Source: Steroidobacteraceae bacterium
GTDB lineage: Bacteria; Pseudomonadota; Gammaproteobacteria; Steroidobacterales; Steroidobacteraceae
DNA length: 64,000 nucleotides
Assembly: GCA_040878925.1 (NCBI GenBank)
Contig: JBBDLI010000007.1
Coordinates: 23,410-87,409, forward strand
Reading direction: 5' to 3'
The notes beneath the pieces were generated by a model. That model searched no databases and was not told the origin of the DNA. It worked only from the letters and a program-made list of their open reading frames with translations. Every line of letters begins with the position of its first letter. The stretch's first letter is position 1. A program made the translations under genes and the position numbers. Below, piece by piece: positions 33,864 through 43,750 of the stretch.

Positions 33864-34565
33864 GTGGCCGAACGAATCTGGTTCGTGATCGCCGCCGCCG
33901 GCGCCGCCACGCGCTTCGGCGGCACCGTCCCCAAGCCCTACCTCAAGATTGCCGGCCGAACGCTACTCGAGCATTCGCTGCGCGCCTTGTCAGCGGTGCC
34001 CGGCATCGCGGGGGGCGTCGTCGTGGTCGCACCCGGCGATCGGCGTTTCCATCGGCTGCCGAAAATCCTGCGCCGGAGGCTGACGACGGCTACGGGCGGA
34101 CCAACGCGCGCGATGTCCGTGCTGAACGGGCTCAATGCGCTCATCACCGCCGCGGAAGACGACTGGGTGCTGGTGCATGACGCGGCGCGGCCTTGCCTGC
34201 CGCGAAAAGACATCGAGGCTCTGGTCGCGGAATGCCGCCGCGATCCGGTCGGGGGGCTCCTGGCCGTTCCCGTCACCGACACGGTGAAGCAGGCCGACGA
34301 ACAGGGTCGGAGCACGCGTACATTGCCGCGCGAACGGCTGTGGCGCGCGCAGACGCCGCAGATGTTTCGTCATGGTCGCCTGGTCCGGGCACTCACGCAG
34401 GCGCTCGAAGAAGGTTTCGACGCGACCGACGAGGCGGCCGCGATCGAAGGGCTCGGCCTCAGACCGAGGCTGGTCGAGGGCTCGCCACTCAATATCAAGA
34501 TCACGCGGCCCGGCGACCTCGTGTTCGCGCAGGCCGCCATGCGGGCCACCAGGGGGCGGAAATGA
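33864..34565 (+). CDS. ispD: 2-C-methyl-D-erythritol 4-phosphate cytidylyltransferase
   Basis: GTG start. VIAAAGAATRFGG...VHDAARPC...AVPVTDTVK are IspD motifs. Confidence 0.9.
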   Translation: MAERIWFVIAAAGAATRFGGTVPKPYLKIAGRTLLEHSLRALSAVPGIAGGVVVVAPGDRRFHRLPKILRRRLTTATGGPTRAMSVLNGLNALITAAEDDWVLVHDAARPCLPRKDIEALVAECRRDPVGGLLAVPVTDTVKQADEQGRSTRTLPRERLWRAQTPQMFRHGRLVRALTQALEEGFDATDEAAAIEGLGLRPRLVEGSPLNIKITRPGDLVFAQAAMRATRGRK

Positions 34566-35044
34566 GGATCGGCAGCGGATACGACGTGCACCGATTCGGG
34601 CCCGGCGACCAGCTGCGCCTGGGTGGCGTCACCATTCCTCACACGCACGGGCTCGTCGCGCATTCCGACGGCGACGTGCTGCTGCATGCATTGATGGACG
34701 CGATGCTGGGCGCGGCGGGCGCCGGCGACATCGGCCTGCATTTTCCGCCGGACGACGCGCGCTTCGCGGGCGCCGACAGCCGCGCGCTCCTGCGCGAAGT
34801 CGCGAAGCTGGTCGCGGCTCGGGGCTTCGCCGTCGTCAATTGCGACTTGACGTTGATCGCCGAATTGCCCCGGATCGGTGCGCACCGGGACGCGATCTGC
34901 GCCAACATCGCTCAGGACCTGGGACTTCCGCGCGAATGCGTCAATGTGAAAGCAACGACCGCCGAGGGGCTCGGCGCACTCGGACGCGCCGAAGGCATCG
35001 CGGCCCAGGCCACCGTACTCCTCCAGGAACTGGATGGCGGCTGA
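34562..35044 (+). CDS. ispF: 2-C-methyl-D-erythritol 2,4-cyclodiphosphate synthase
   Basis: The ATGA start overlaps the ispD stop. MRIGSGYDVHRF...HSDGDVLLHAL... are IspF motifs. Confidence 0.95.
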   Translation: MRIGSGYDVHRFGPGDQLRLGGVTIPHTHGLVAHSDGDVLLHALMDAMLGAAGAGDIGLHFPPDDARFAGADSRALLREVAKLVAARGFAVVNCDLTLIAELPRIGAHRDAICANIAQDLGLPRECVNVKATTAEGLGALGRAEGIAAQATVLLQELDGG

Positions 35045-36107
35045 GGCGGACGCGCTTCAAGCCTGGCGTCGCCTCGCGCTCGAGCCTCCGCGTGCCTGGG
35101 GCGACCCGCCGATGGCCGGCGCGATGCGCGTCGAGCCCGCGGATTTCCTGGTCGAGGAACGACTCGGCTTCGAGCCGGATGGCGGCGAGGCGCACGTGCT
35201 CGTGCTGGTCGAAAAGACAGGTGCGAATACGCTGCATGTCGCGCGCGCGCTCGCGGCCCGCGCCGGCCGGCCGCCCGCGGACCTGGGATTCGCGGGCCTG
35301 AAGGATCGACGGGCGGTCGCGCGGCAATGGTTTTCGGTGCCGGCCGTGAAAGGATTGGATTCCCTCGCCGGATTCGCGGGCGACGGATTCCGCGTGCTCG
35401 CGGCGCATCCGCATTCGCGCAAGCTCCGCCGCGGCGCGCTCGCGGGCAACCGCTTCAGCATCCGGGTTCGCGGCCTCGAGGGGAATGCGGGCGAGTTCGA
35501 CGCTCGCGCGGCCCACGTCACGGCGTCGGGCGTGCCGAACTATTTTGGCCCGCAGCGCTTCGGCGGCGAGGGCGCGAATCTCGGGCGTGTGCTCGATTGG
35601 GTCGCGCGCGACCGGCTGCCGCGCGGGCGGGAGCCGCGGGCTTTCGTGCTGTCCGTGGCACGCTCGCTCGCTTTCAATGCGGTGCTCGGTGCGCGCGTTG
35701 CGGGCGGCACCTGGAACCGGCTGCTGCCCGGAGAAATCGTGAACCTGAGCGGCAGCCAGTCCGTGTTTGCGGCCGAGAGCGTGAACGACGCGCTGCTCCG
35801 CCGCTGCGATGAGGGCGACATCGCGCCGACCGGCCCGTTTTGCGGCGCGGACGGCGTGCTGCCGACGGGCGAAGCGGAACGCGTGGAAAGTTCGGCGCTC
35901 GCCGTCCTCGAACCGCTGCCGGGCCGGCTCGCTGCCTTCGGGCTGCGGGCGGAGCGGCGCGCGCTCGTGCTGCGGCCGGCGGCTTTCGCGCATCGGCTGG
36001 GCGCCGGCGAGCTCGAGCTTTCGTTCGAGCTGCCGCGCGGCGCATTCGCGACGAGCGTGCTCCGCGAGCTCGTGGATACACGCGTTCCCGAGGCCGGCTT
36101 GGACTGA
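35034..36107 (+). CDS. truD: tRNA pseudouridine(13) synthase TruD
   Basis: FLVEE...GEAHVLVLVEKTGANT...FAGLKDRRAV...NYFGPQRFG are TruD motifs. Confidence 0.9.
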   Translation: MAAEADALQAWRRLALEPPRAWGDPPMAGAMRVEPADFLVEERLGFEPDGGEAHVLVLVEKTGANTLHVARALAARAGRPPADLGFAGLKDRRAVARQWFSVPAVKGLDSLAGFAGDGFRVLAAHPHSRKLRRGALAGNRFSIRVRGLEGNAGEFDARAAHVTASGVPNYFGPQRFGGEGANLGRVLDWVARDRLPRGREPRAFVLSVARSLAFNAVLGARVAGGTWNRLLPGEIVNLSGSQSVFAAESVNDALLRRCDEGDIAPTGPFCGADGVLPTGEAERVESSALAVLEPLPGRLAAFGLRAERRALVLRPAAFAHRLGAGELELSFELPRGAFATSVLRELVDTRVPEAGLD

Positions 36108-36117
36108 GCCCGGCTCC

Positions 36118-36708
36118 TCAGCCGTCGAGCAGGACGTAGAGGGCGCCGCTCCCGCCGTCATTCCGTCGCGCGGAGCAGAAAGCGCGAACTGCCGCATGAC
36201 GGCGAAGCCAGCGATTGACGGCGGACTTCAGGACCGGGCCGCGATGACCGGAACCGCGGCCCTTGCCATGGATGATCCGCACGCAATGGCGCTCGTGGCC
36301 GGCGGATTCCGCGAGGAAAGCGGAGAGCGCGAGCCGCGCCTCCTCCTGGGTCATCCCGTGCAGATCGAGTTCGTCGCGTACCGCGTAGTGGCCTCGCCGC
36401 AGGCGCCGGACGACCGATTCCGACACGCCGTCCCGGCGGAAGCTGAGTTCCTCGCCGGACTCGACGTCGAGCGCGTCGGCGTCGAGCGCGAGCGAATCGG
36501 CGAGGACGCGCGCTTCGTCGGCGCGGCGCGAGGCGGCGCGCGGCCGGTGGCGTTCGCGTTCCGGCGCCGGTTTTGTCTGCCGGAGCGGGCGCACGCCGCG
36601 CACCGCGGCACGGAACAACTCGCGTTCCTGGTCCTTGATGGCGGCAGCCTCTGTCGATGCGCCCGGGCGACGGAGCTTACAGTATAGTGCGGCCCGGTCG
36701 CGTGACAC
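36118..36708 (-). CDS. smrA: Smr-domain protein (SmrA/YdaL-like endonuclease)
   Basis: The C-terminal Smr domain reads ELDLHGMTQEEARLALSAFL...VRIIHGKGRGS...LKSAVNRWL. The start is uncertain. GTG 36708 is preferred over TTG 36750, which would overlap the surE start. Confidence 0.7.
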   Translation of the reverse strand: MSRDRAALYCKLRRPGASTEAAAIKDQERELFRAAVRGVRPLRQTKPAPERERHRPRAASRRADEARVLADSLALDADALDVESGEELSFRRDGVSESVVRRLRRGHYAVRDELDLHGMTQEEARLALSAFLAESAGHERHCVRIIHGKGRGSGHRGPVLKSAVNRWLRRHAAVRAFCSARRNDGGSGALYVLLDG

Positions 36709-36730
36709 GCGACGGGGATGAGACGCCGGC

Positions 36731-37492
36731 TTGAAGATCCTGCTCGCCAATGACGACGGCTACCGCGCGGAGGGACTGCGTTTTCTCCGGGAAGCGCTGA
36801 CGGGCGTCGCGCCGCTCACCGTCGTTGCGCCGGATCGCAATTGCAGCGGAGCGAGCCACTCGCTGACGCTCGAGGTTCCACTGCGGGTCCAGCGGGTCGA
36901 CGAAGACACCTGGTACGTAATCAATGGCACGCCGACCGATTGCGTCCACCTCGCCATGACCGGCCTCTTCGATTTCGAGTTCGACATGGTCGTCTCCGGC
37001 GTCAACGACGGCGCCAATCTCGGCGACGACGTGCTGTACTCGGGCACGGTCGCCGCGGCGATCGAGGGCCGCTTCCTCGGCCTCCCCACGATCGCGGTGT
37101 CGCTCGTCGCCGCCGGCGGCACGGGCCCGCATTTCGCGACCGCTGCGCGCGTCGCCCGCGAACTCGTGTTGCGGGTCCTGGCCCGGCCCCTGCATCGCTC
37201 GATGATCCTGAACGTCAACGTCCCGGACCGGCCGTACGAGGAACTCCGGGGTTTCGAGGTGACGCGGCTCGGTCACCGCCACCGCGCCAAGGCGGCGGTG
37301 CGGGGACTCGATCCGCGGGGACGCGAAATCTACTGGGTCGGCGCGGCGGGCGCCGGCCAGGATGCCGGGCCGGGCACGGATTTCCACGCCGTCGCGAACG
37401 GCTTCGTCTCGGTGACGCCGTTGCAGGTGGACCTGACGCGTCATGCGGCGCTCGACGAGTTGCGGGCCTGGCTCTCCGAGGCGGCTCCATGA
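36731..37492 (+). CDS. surE: 5'/3'-nucleotidase SurE
   Basis: TTG start. [16 protein letters not shown]...[22 protein letters not shown] are SurE motifs. Confidence 0.93.
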   Translation: MKILLANDDGYRAEGLRFLREALTGVAPLTVVAPDRNCSGASHSLTLEVPLRVQRVDEDTWYVINGTPTDCVHLAMTGLFDFEFDMVVSGVNDGANLGDDVLYSGTVAAAIEGRFLGLPTIAVSLVAAGGTGPHFATAARVARELVLRVLARPLHRSMILNVNVPDRPYEELRGFEVTRLGHRHRAKAAVRGLDPRGREIYWVGAAGAGQDAGPGTDFHAVANGFVSVTPLQVDLTRHAALDELRAWLSEAAP

Positions 37493-38148
37493 CGAGCGAG
37501 CGGCATGGCATCGGCATGACCAGCGCGCGGACGCGCGAGCGGCTGATTCAGCGGTTGGTGGAGCAGGGCATCCGCGACCCACGCGTGCTCGACCGGATCC
37601 GCAATGTCCCGCGCCACCTCTTTGTCGACGAAGCGCTGTCGAGCCGAGCCTACGAGGACACGGCCTTGCCGATCGGGCACGGGCAAACGATCTCGCAACC
37701 CTACGTCGTGGCGCGAATGACCGAGGCGATCACGATCGGCGGCACGCCCGAAAAAATACTCGAGATCGGCACCGGTTGCGGCTACCAAACCGCCGTGCTT
37801 GCGCCGCTCGTAGGGAAGATCTACAGCATCGAGCGCATCGAAGCGCTGCTCGAGCGCGCGCGCGAGCGGCTGCGCGAACTCGATATCAGGAATGTCCGGT
37901 TCAAGCACGGCGACGGCACGGACGGCTGGCCGTCGCAGGCGCCGTTCGACGGCATCCTGCTCGCCGCGGCTCCGCATGCGCTGCCGCAGAAGCTCCTGGA
38001 CCAGCTGGCGGAAGGCGGGCGGCTGGTGGCGCCGGTCGGGCCCGAAGGCCGCCAGGAGCTATTGCGTCTCACGCGGCGCGGAGATCAGTTTCTGCGCGAG
38101 AGACTCGGCTTCGTGAGTTTCGTTCCACTCCTCGGCGGTGTGACCTGA
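37489..38148 (+). CDS. pcm: protein-L-isoaspartate O-methyltransferase
   Basis: The ATGA start overlaps the surE stop. VPRHLFVDE...[13 protein letters not shown]...[12 protein letters not shown] are Pcm motifs. Confidence 0.93.
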   Translation: MTSERHGIGMTSARTRERLIQRLVEQGIRDPRVLDRIRNVPRHLFVDEALSSRAYEDTALPIGHGQTISQPYVVARMTEAITIGGTPEKILEIGTGCGYQTAVLAPLVGKIYSIERIEALLERARERLRELDIRNVRFKHGDGTDGWPSQAPFDGILLAAAPHALPQKLLDQLAEGGRLVAPVGPEGRQELLRLTRRGDQFLRERLGFVSFVPLLGGVT

Positions 38149-38828
38149 GGCGTTGGGTCGAATGGTTCGCGGCATTCGCGATCGCCGCCTGCGCCACCGG
38201 CACTGATCGCCGATCCTCGGTTCCTGATTATCACGTCGTCAAGTCGGGCGAGACCGTGTACTCGATTGCACGGCGCTACGGGCTTGACTATCGGGTTATC
38301 GCGCGCTGGAACGGCGTCGGGCGCGATTACCTCATTCATCCCGGCGAGCGGCTCCGGCTCAACGCACCGCCCGGCGATCGCGCCGTGGCGAGGGCGGAAG
38401 CAGCGGCGCCGGAGCGGCCGGCGGCGCGCGCATCGCCGGACGATCCCGCGCACCGGCCGCCCGCGTGGCAATGGCCCGTGCAGGTCGGCCAAGTCGTCGG
38501 GAACGTGCGGCAGCCCTCCGGCGGGCTTGGGCTCCGCATTGACGGCGGCCTCAACCAGCCGATTCTCGCGGCCGCGGACGGCAAGGTGGTTTACACCGGC
38601 AGCGGGCTTCGGAGCTATGGGCAGTTGATCATCATCAATCACGTGCGCGGATGGCTCACGGCCTACGGCCACAATGCCTTCGTCAACGTGCGCGAAGGCG
38701 ACGAAGTCCGCGCGGGACAGGCCATCGCGGGCATGGGCCTGGGGCCGGGGCAGCAACCGATGCTCTATTTCGAGATCCGCCTGGAAGGCGAGCCGCTCGA
38801 CCCGCTCTCGCAACTTCCACCGCGTTAG
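38145..38828 (+). CDS. nlpD: LysM/M23-peptidase lipoprotein NlpD (start codon unresolved)
   Basis: The protein has a lipobox (FAIAAC), a LysM domain ([28 protein letters not shown]) and an M23 domain (...YGQLIIINH...AYGHN...). There is no in-frame ATG, GTG or TTG near the signal peptide. The only nearby candidate is CTG 38145, which overlaps the pcm TGA. Confidence 0.8.
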   Translation: MRRWVEWFAAFAIAACATGTDRRSSVPDYHVVKSGETVYSIARRYGLDYRVIARWNGVGRDYLIHPGERLRLNAPPGDRAVARAEAAAPERPAARASPDDPAHRPPAWQWPVQVGQVVGNVRQPSGGLGLRIDGGLNQPILAAADGKVVYTGSGLRSYGQLIIINHVRGWLTAYGHNAFVNVREGDEVRAGQAIAGMGLGPGQQPMLYFEIRLEGEPLDPLSQLPPR

Positions 38829-38830
38829 AT

Positions 38831-38928
38831 GGTGCCGGGTCGGAAAATAGGGACGCTTCCCATTTTCCTGCCTGCGATCCGGAAAATGGGAAGCGTCCCT
38901 ATTTTCCCGAATCCTACGACCCGGCACC
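38831..38928. terminator. long composite palindrome, putative bidirectional intrinsic terminator (element E1)
   Basis: The outer inverted repeat is 11 bp (38831-38841 and 38918-38928). The inner perfect inverted repeat is 27 bp, GGAAAATAGGGACGCTTCCCATTTTCC (38842-38868) and its complement (38881-38907), with a 12-nt loop. The 19-bp core stem is flanked by an A-tract and a T-tract in both orientations. The element fills the gap between the convergent nlpD and DUF498 stop codons. Confidence 0.6.
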
Positions 38929-38929
38929 A

Positions 38930-39298
38930 CTAAAGCATCAGCGCGACCGCGACTTCGCGGAATTCCGACAGGAGCAGGTTGAAGGTGCGGCAGGCGGCGC
39001 GATTGTCCATGACTTCGAGGCCGATGCCGCGCGCGGCGAACGCGGCATAGAGTTCCGGCGGCGGCATTCGCTGGCGGCTGCCGGTGCCGAGCAGCACGAC
39101 TTCCGGCGCGAGGCCGAGAAGCCCGCTGAACTCCGCAATCGTCAATGATTCCGCGGGCCCGGGCCGCCAGTCGTCGAGCACGGCGTTTCGCGACACGATC
39201 AGGCTCGACGTATACGCGCGGTCGCGGAGTCGCACCTCGCCCTCCGCGCAGGCGACGATCGCATTGGCTTCGCTCGTGTCTTCCCGGGTGAATTCCAT
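38930..39298 (-). CDS. Mth938/DUF498-family small protein
   Basis: Starting at an internal ATG, the 122-aa protein reads ...PEVVLLGTGSRQRMPPPEL...GIGLEVMDNRAACRTFNLLLSEFREVAVALML, which is typical of the family. The family name is from memory. Confidence 0.8.
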   Translation of the reverse strand: MEFTREDTSEANAIVACAEGEVRLRDRAYTSSLIVSRNAVLDDWRPGPAESLTIAEFSGLLGLAPEVVLLGTGSRQRMPPPELYAAFAARGIGLEVMDNRAACRTFNLLLSEFREVAVALML

Positions 39299-39351
39299 CG
39301 CTCGCTCCGACCGAAAATATAACCAATCGCGCGGGACCCGCGCCGCTATGA

Positions 39352-41109
39352 TTGCCGGCGATGAAAAGCCGTGATCTGCTGCGCTCGCAGCCCGTGAAAC
39401 TCCGGCGGAGGCCGGCGGGTTCCGTGGACGGGCTGCCCGCGAGCCTGCACCCAGTGCTCCGGCGCGTCTATGCCGCGCGCGGTGTAGTGGACGCCGATCA
39501 CCTGTCACTGGACCTTCGCTCGCTGTTGCCGGTCTCGACGCTCGATGGAATCGGTCCGGCTACCGCGCTCCTCGCCGAGCATCTCGCGCGCGGCTCCCGC
39601 ATCCTGGTCGTCGGCGATTTCGACGCCGACGGCGCCACCAGCACCGCGCTCGTGCTGCGTCAGCTCGCGCGGCTCGGCCACGCAAATCTCGGGATGCGCG
39701 TGCCGGATCGCCTGCGACATGGCTACGGCTTGTCGCCGGCGCTGGTCGCGGAACTCGCGCACGAGCGTGCCGATCTGCTGATCACCGTTGACAACGGCGT
39801 GTCCGCTTTCGCGGGTATCGAAGCCGCGCGAGCGCTCGGTATCCAGGTGCTCGTGACCGACCACCACCTCCCGGCCGCGACGCTGCCCGATTGCGCGGCG
39901 CATGTGAATCCCAACCTCCCGCAGGCGGCCTTTGGCAGCCGCGCGCTCGCGGGCGTCGGCGTCGCTTTCTACCTGATGGCGTCGCTGACGCGGGAACTCG
40001 AGAGCCGGCGCGGGACAAGACTGCCTCCGGTCGCGGATCTCCTCGATCTGGTGGCGCTCGGAACGGTCGCCGACCTCGTGCCGCTCGATCGCAACAACCG
40101 CATCCTGGTGCAGGAGGGCTTGAAGCGCGCGCGTGCGCGCGCCGCGACGCCCGGATTCATGGCACTCGCGCGCGTCGCGGGCTGCCGCCTCGACGAGCTC
40201 TCCACGCGGCAGCTCGGGCACCAGATCGCGCCACGGCTGAACGCGGCGGGACGCATCGACGACATGTCGGTTGGCATCCGCTGTCTCCTGACGGATGATT
40301 CCGCGGAGGCGCTCGCGCTCGCGGTCGAGCTCGATCGCCTCAATCGCGAGCGGCGGGAGATGGAATTGCGCATGCGCGATGAAGCAACGACCGCGGTGCG
40401 AAACCTGCGCATCGCCGAGGGCGACCTGCCGCCGGGCCTCACGCTCTTCGATCCGGGTTGGCACGCGGGCATCGTCGGACTCGTCGCGGCGCGCATGAAA
40501 GACCGGTTGCACCGGCCGGTGGTCGCTTTCGCGCCCGCCGGCAGCGACGAGCTGCGCGGCTCCGCGCGCTCGGTCGCGGGCCTGCATGTGCGTGACGCGC
40601 TCGAGGCGATCGCGACGCGTCATCCGGAGCTCATCGAGCGCTACGGCGGTCACGCCATGGCCGCCGGCCTCACGCTGCGGCGCGACAAGCTTCCGCAGTT
40701 CGCGGACGCGTTCTCGGAGGAGATCGGCAGGCAGTTGACGCGCGAGCAGATGCAGGGTGTGCTCGAAACCGACGGCGAGCTCGCCGGTGAGGAAATTTCG
40801 CTCGAAACCGCGCGCGCGCTGGAAACGGGCGGGCCGTGGGGACAGGGATTTCCGGAACCCGTATTCGAGGGAGAATTCGAGGTTGTCGAAACGCGCGTCG
40901 TCGGGGACCGCCACCTGAAGCTCTGGGTCCGGCCGCAGCCGTCCACGCATCCGGTCGAGGCGATTTCGTTCGGTTACTTCGACGAGGTCGATGCGAAGCG
41001 GCCCGCGGCGGGCACGCGGGTCCGCCTCGCCTATCGCCTGCAGTCGACGGATTTCGGCGGCACCGCGCGCGCGGAATTGCTCGCAGAATGCGTGCAATGC
41101 CCCGAATGA
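39352..41109 (+). CDS. recJ: single-stranded-DNA-specific exonuclease RecJ
   Basis: VVGDFDADGATSTAL...TVDNGVSA...VTDHH... are DHH/DHHA1 motifs. The start is either TTG 39352 or ATG 39361. Confidence 0.93.
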   Translation: MPAMKSRDLLRSQPVKLRRRPAGSVDGLPASLHPVLRRVYAARGVVDADHLSLDLRSLLPVSTLDGIGPATALLAEHLARGSRILVVGDFDADGATSTALVLRQLARLGHANLGMRVPDRLRHGYGLSPALVAELAHERADLLITVDNGVSAFAGIEAARALGIQVLVTDHHLPAATLPDCAAHVNPNLPQAAFGSRALAGVGVAFYLMASLTRELESRRGTRLPPVADLLDLVALGTVADLVPLDRNNRILVQEGLKRARARAATPGFMALARVAGCRLDELSTRQLGHQIAPRLNAAGRIDDMSVGIRCLLTDDSAEALALAVELDRLNRERREMELRMRDEATTAVRNLRIAEGDLPPGLTLFDPGWHAGIVGLVAARMKDRLHRPVVAFAPAGSDELRGSARSVAGLHVRDALEAIATRHPELIERYGGHAMAAGLTLRRDKLPQFADAFSEEIGRQLTREQMQGVLETDGELAGEEISLETARALETGGPWGQGFPEPVFEGEFEVVETRVVGDRHLKLWVRPQPSTHPVEAISFGYFDEVDAKRPAAGTRVRLAYRLQSTDFGGTARAELLAECVQCPE

Positions 41110-41132
41110 GCCTTTGCTAAGATGCCGCCCGC

Positions 41133-42228
41133 ATGGAAACCGCGCCGACCCGCCGGCTGATCGACGACCTCACTGAGCGCCTTGCGGCGCTGAGGGGGTA
41201 CCTTTGAGTACGACAATAAGCGCGAGCGCCTCGAAGAGCTGAATCACGAGCTCGCCGACCCGGCGATCTGGAACACGCCGGACAAGGCGCAGTCGCTCGG
41301 CCGGGAACGCGCGCGGCTCGAAGCCGTCATCACCGAACTCGACCAGCTCCGAAGCGGGCTCTCGGATGCCGCCGAACTCCTGACCCTCGTCGAGGCGGAG
41401 CAGGATGAGGCGGGATTCGGCGAGATCGTGCGCGACACAGCAAAGCTCGAGGAGCGCGTGCGGCGGCTCGAGCTGTCCCGCATGTTCCCGGGCGAGATGG
41501 ACCCGCTCGGCGCGTTCCTGGACATCCAGGCGGGCGCCGGCGGCACCGAAGCGCAGGACTGGGCGCAGATGCTCTTGCGCATGTACCTGCGCTGGGCCGA
41601 CGCGCGCGGCTACCGTGCCGAGGTGATCGACCAGAGCCCGGGCGAAGTCGCGGGCATCAAGAGCGCATCGGTCGAGATCGACGGTCCCTATGCCTACGGG
41701 TGGCTGCGGACTGAGACCGGCGTGCACCGGCTGGTGCGCAAGTCGCCGTTCGATTCCGGCAACCGGCGCCACACCTCGTTTGCCTCGGTGTTCGTGTCGC
41801 CGGTTATCGACGACGAGATCCAGATCGAGATCAACCCCGCCGACATCGAGATGGATACTTATCGCGCGAGCGGGGCGGGCGGCCAGCACGTCAACAAGAC
41901 CGACTCTGCGGTGAGACTGCGTCATCTACCCAGTGGCATCGTCGTCGCTTGCCAGGGCGAGCGCAGCCAGCACAAGAACCGCTCGACGGCGATGAAGATG
42001 CTGAAGGCGAAGCTCTACGAGCTCGAGGTGAACAAGCGGAACGCGGCCGCGAGGGTGCTCGAGGACCAGAAGACCGATGTCGGCTGGGGGCACCAGATCC
42101 GCTCGTACGTGCTCGACCAGTCCCGCATCAAGGATCTCCGGACCGGCCTCGAAACCGGCAATCCGTCGGCGGTGCTCGATGGCGCGCTCGATCCGTTCAT
42201 GGAAGCGAGCCTGAAGCAGGGCCTGTAA
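41133..42228 (+). CDS. prfB: peptide chain release factor 2, requires a programmed +1 frameshift at 41202-41207
   Basis: Frame 0 runs from ATG 41133 for 24 codons to CTT TGA. The +1 frame continues from 41206 through SPF and [13 protein letters not shown] motifs to TAA 42228. The total length is 1096 nt, which is 3n+1. Confidence 0.93.
41193..41207 (+). promoter_or_regulatory. RF2 autoregulatory +1 frameshift site
   Basis: AGGGGG TAC CTT TGA G has an internal SD-like AGGGGG 3 nt upstream of the slippery CTT followed by an in-frame TGA. This is nearly identical to the E. coli site AGGGGGTATCTTTGAC. Confidence 0.85.
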
Positions 42229-42238
42229 GCTCCCGGAT

Positions 42239-43750
42239 ATGACGTCGAAAGAAGCGCCGCCCGCACACGACGAAAACGCGCTGATCGCGGAACGGCGCGC
42301 GAAACTCGCCCGCTTGCGCGATGCAGGGGCTGCGTTTCCGAACGACTACCGGCGCGACGCGCTCGCGGCGGACCTGCACGCGACCTGGGGCGGGCGAAGC
42401 GCCGAATGGCTGGACGCGAATCCAGTCCGCGTGCGCGTGGCGGGCCGCATGATGTTCAAGCGCGTCATGGGCAAGGCTTCGTTTGCAAAGCTCCAGGACT
42501 CGAGCGGCCAGATCCAGGTCTACCTGCAATCGGAAGCGCTCGGCGCGGCGTACGAGGAGTTCAAGGGTTGGGATGTCGGCGACATCGTCGCCGCCCAGGG
42601 CGTCCTGATGCGGACGCGCGCGGGCGAGCTATCGGTGCGCGCCGAGTCCGTCCGGCTCCTCGTCAAGGCGCTTCGGCCGCTGCCGGACAAGTGGCACGGC
42701 CTCGCGGACACCGAGACGCGTTATCGCCAGCGCTACGTCGATCTCATTGTCAATGGCGATGCGCGTGAAGTATTCCGGACGCGCAGCCGCGTCGTGCGCT
42801 TCCTGCGCGACTTCCTCGACGCGCAAGGCTTCCTCGAGGTCGAGACGCCGATGATGCAGCCGATCCCGGGCGGCGCGGTCGCGCGGCCGTTCGTCACGCA
42901 TCACAATGCGCTGGGGCAGGACATGTACCTGCGGATTGCGCCGGAGCTGTACCTGAAGCGCCTGCTGGTCGGCGGCTTCGAGCGCGTGTACGAGATCAAT
43001 CGCAATTTCCGGAACGAGGGGCTGTCCACCCAGCACAATCCCGAATTTACGATGCTGGAGTTGTATCAGGCCTATGCCGATTGCGCGGATTTCATGGGCC
43101 TCGTCGAGCGCATGATGCAGGGTCTCGCGGATTCGGTCGCGGGCGCGCGCGAAATCACCTATCAGGGGAGGCGGCTCCGCTTCGACAGCCCGTTCGCCAG
43201 GTTGTCGGTCGAGGAGGCGATCCTGGCGAACAACCCGGATTTCGATCGCGCGCGCCTGCGCGACGCGGCGTATTTGCGGCAGGCCTGCGCGGCGCTCGGG
43301 ATCGAGACGCGCCCGTCCGACGGCGCGGGCGCGCTGCAACTCGCGCTGTTCGAGAAGACCTGCGAACCGCAGCTGCTCCAGCCGACTTTCGTGCACTCGT
43401 ACCCGACCGAAGTGTCGCCGCTCTCGCGCAGGAACGATGCGGATCCCTTCGTCACCGACCGCTTCGAATTATTCGTCGACGGCCGCGAGCTCGCGAACGG
43501 CTTCTCCGAGCTGAACGATCCGGAGGAGCAGGCCGATCGGTTTCGCGAGCAGGTCGCGCGCAAGGAGTCGGGCGACCTCGAGGCGATGTACTACGACGCC
43601 GATTACATCCGCGCTCTCGAGTACGGCATGCCGCCGGCCGCCGGTCTCGGCGTCGGCATCGACCGGCTCGTCATGCTCCTGACTGACGCGCCGAGTATTC
43701 GCGACGTCCTGCTCTTTCCCCAGCTACGGAATCTTCCGTCGGAGGAGTAA
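42239..43750 (+). CDS. lysS: lysine--tRNA ligase (class II)
   Basis: The 503-aa protein carries [10 protein letters not shown]...[11 protein letters not shown]...[13 protein letters not shown] motifs. The prfB-lysS pairing is the same as in E. coli. Confidence 0.96.
   Translation: MTSKEAPPAHDENALIAERRAKLARLRDAGAAFPNDYRRDALAADLHATWGGRSAEWLDANPVRVRVAGRMMFKRVMGKASFAKLQDSSGQIQVYLQSEALGAAYEEFKGWDVGDIVAAQGVLMRTRAGELSVRAESVRLLVKALRPLPDKWHGLADTETRYRQRYVDLIVNGDAREVFRTRSRVVRFLRDFLDAQGFLEVETPMMQPIPGGAVARPFVTHHNALGQDMYLRIAPELYLKRLLVGGFERVYEINRNFRNEGLSTQHNPEFTMLELYQAYADCADFMGLVERMMQGLADSVAGAREITYQGRRLRFDSPFARLSVEEAILANNPDFDRARLRDAAYLRQACAALGIETRPSDGAGALQLALFEKTCEPQLLQPTFVHSYPTEVSPLSRRNDADPFVTDRFELFVDGRELANGFSELNDPEEQADRFREQVARKESGDLEAMYYDADYIRALEYGMPPAAGLGVGIDRLVMLLTDAPSIRDVLLFPQLRNLPSEE

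Noticed and set aside
38829-38929. An rpoS gene expected downstream of nlpD.
   Set aside because: The 101-nt gap is entirely occupied by the palindrome, and the next gene is a convergent DUF498 protein. rpoS is not in this window.
39329-39343. The 15-bp palindrome GCGCGGGACCCGCGC between the DUF498 gene and recJ, and the 12-bp palindrome GGGCGTACGCCC at 48792-48803.
   Set aside because: Short GC-rich palindromes are common by chance in this composition. They are noted as possible operator sites, but nothing supports a call without conservation data.
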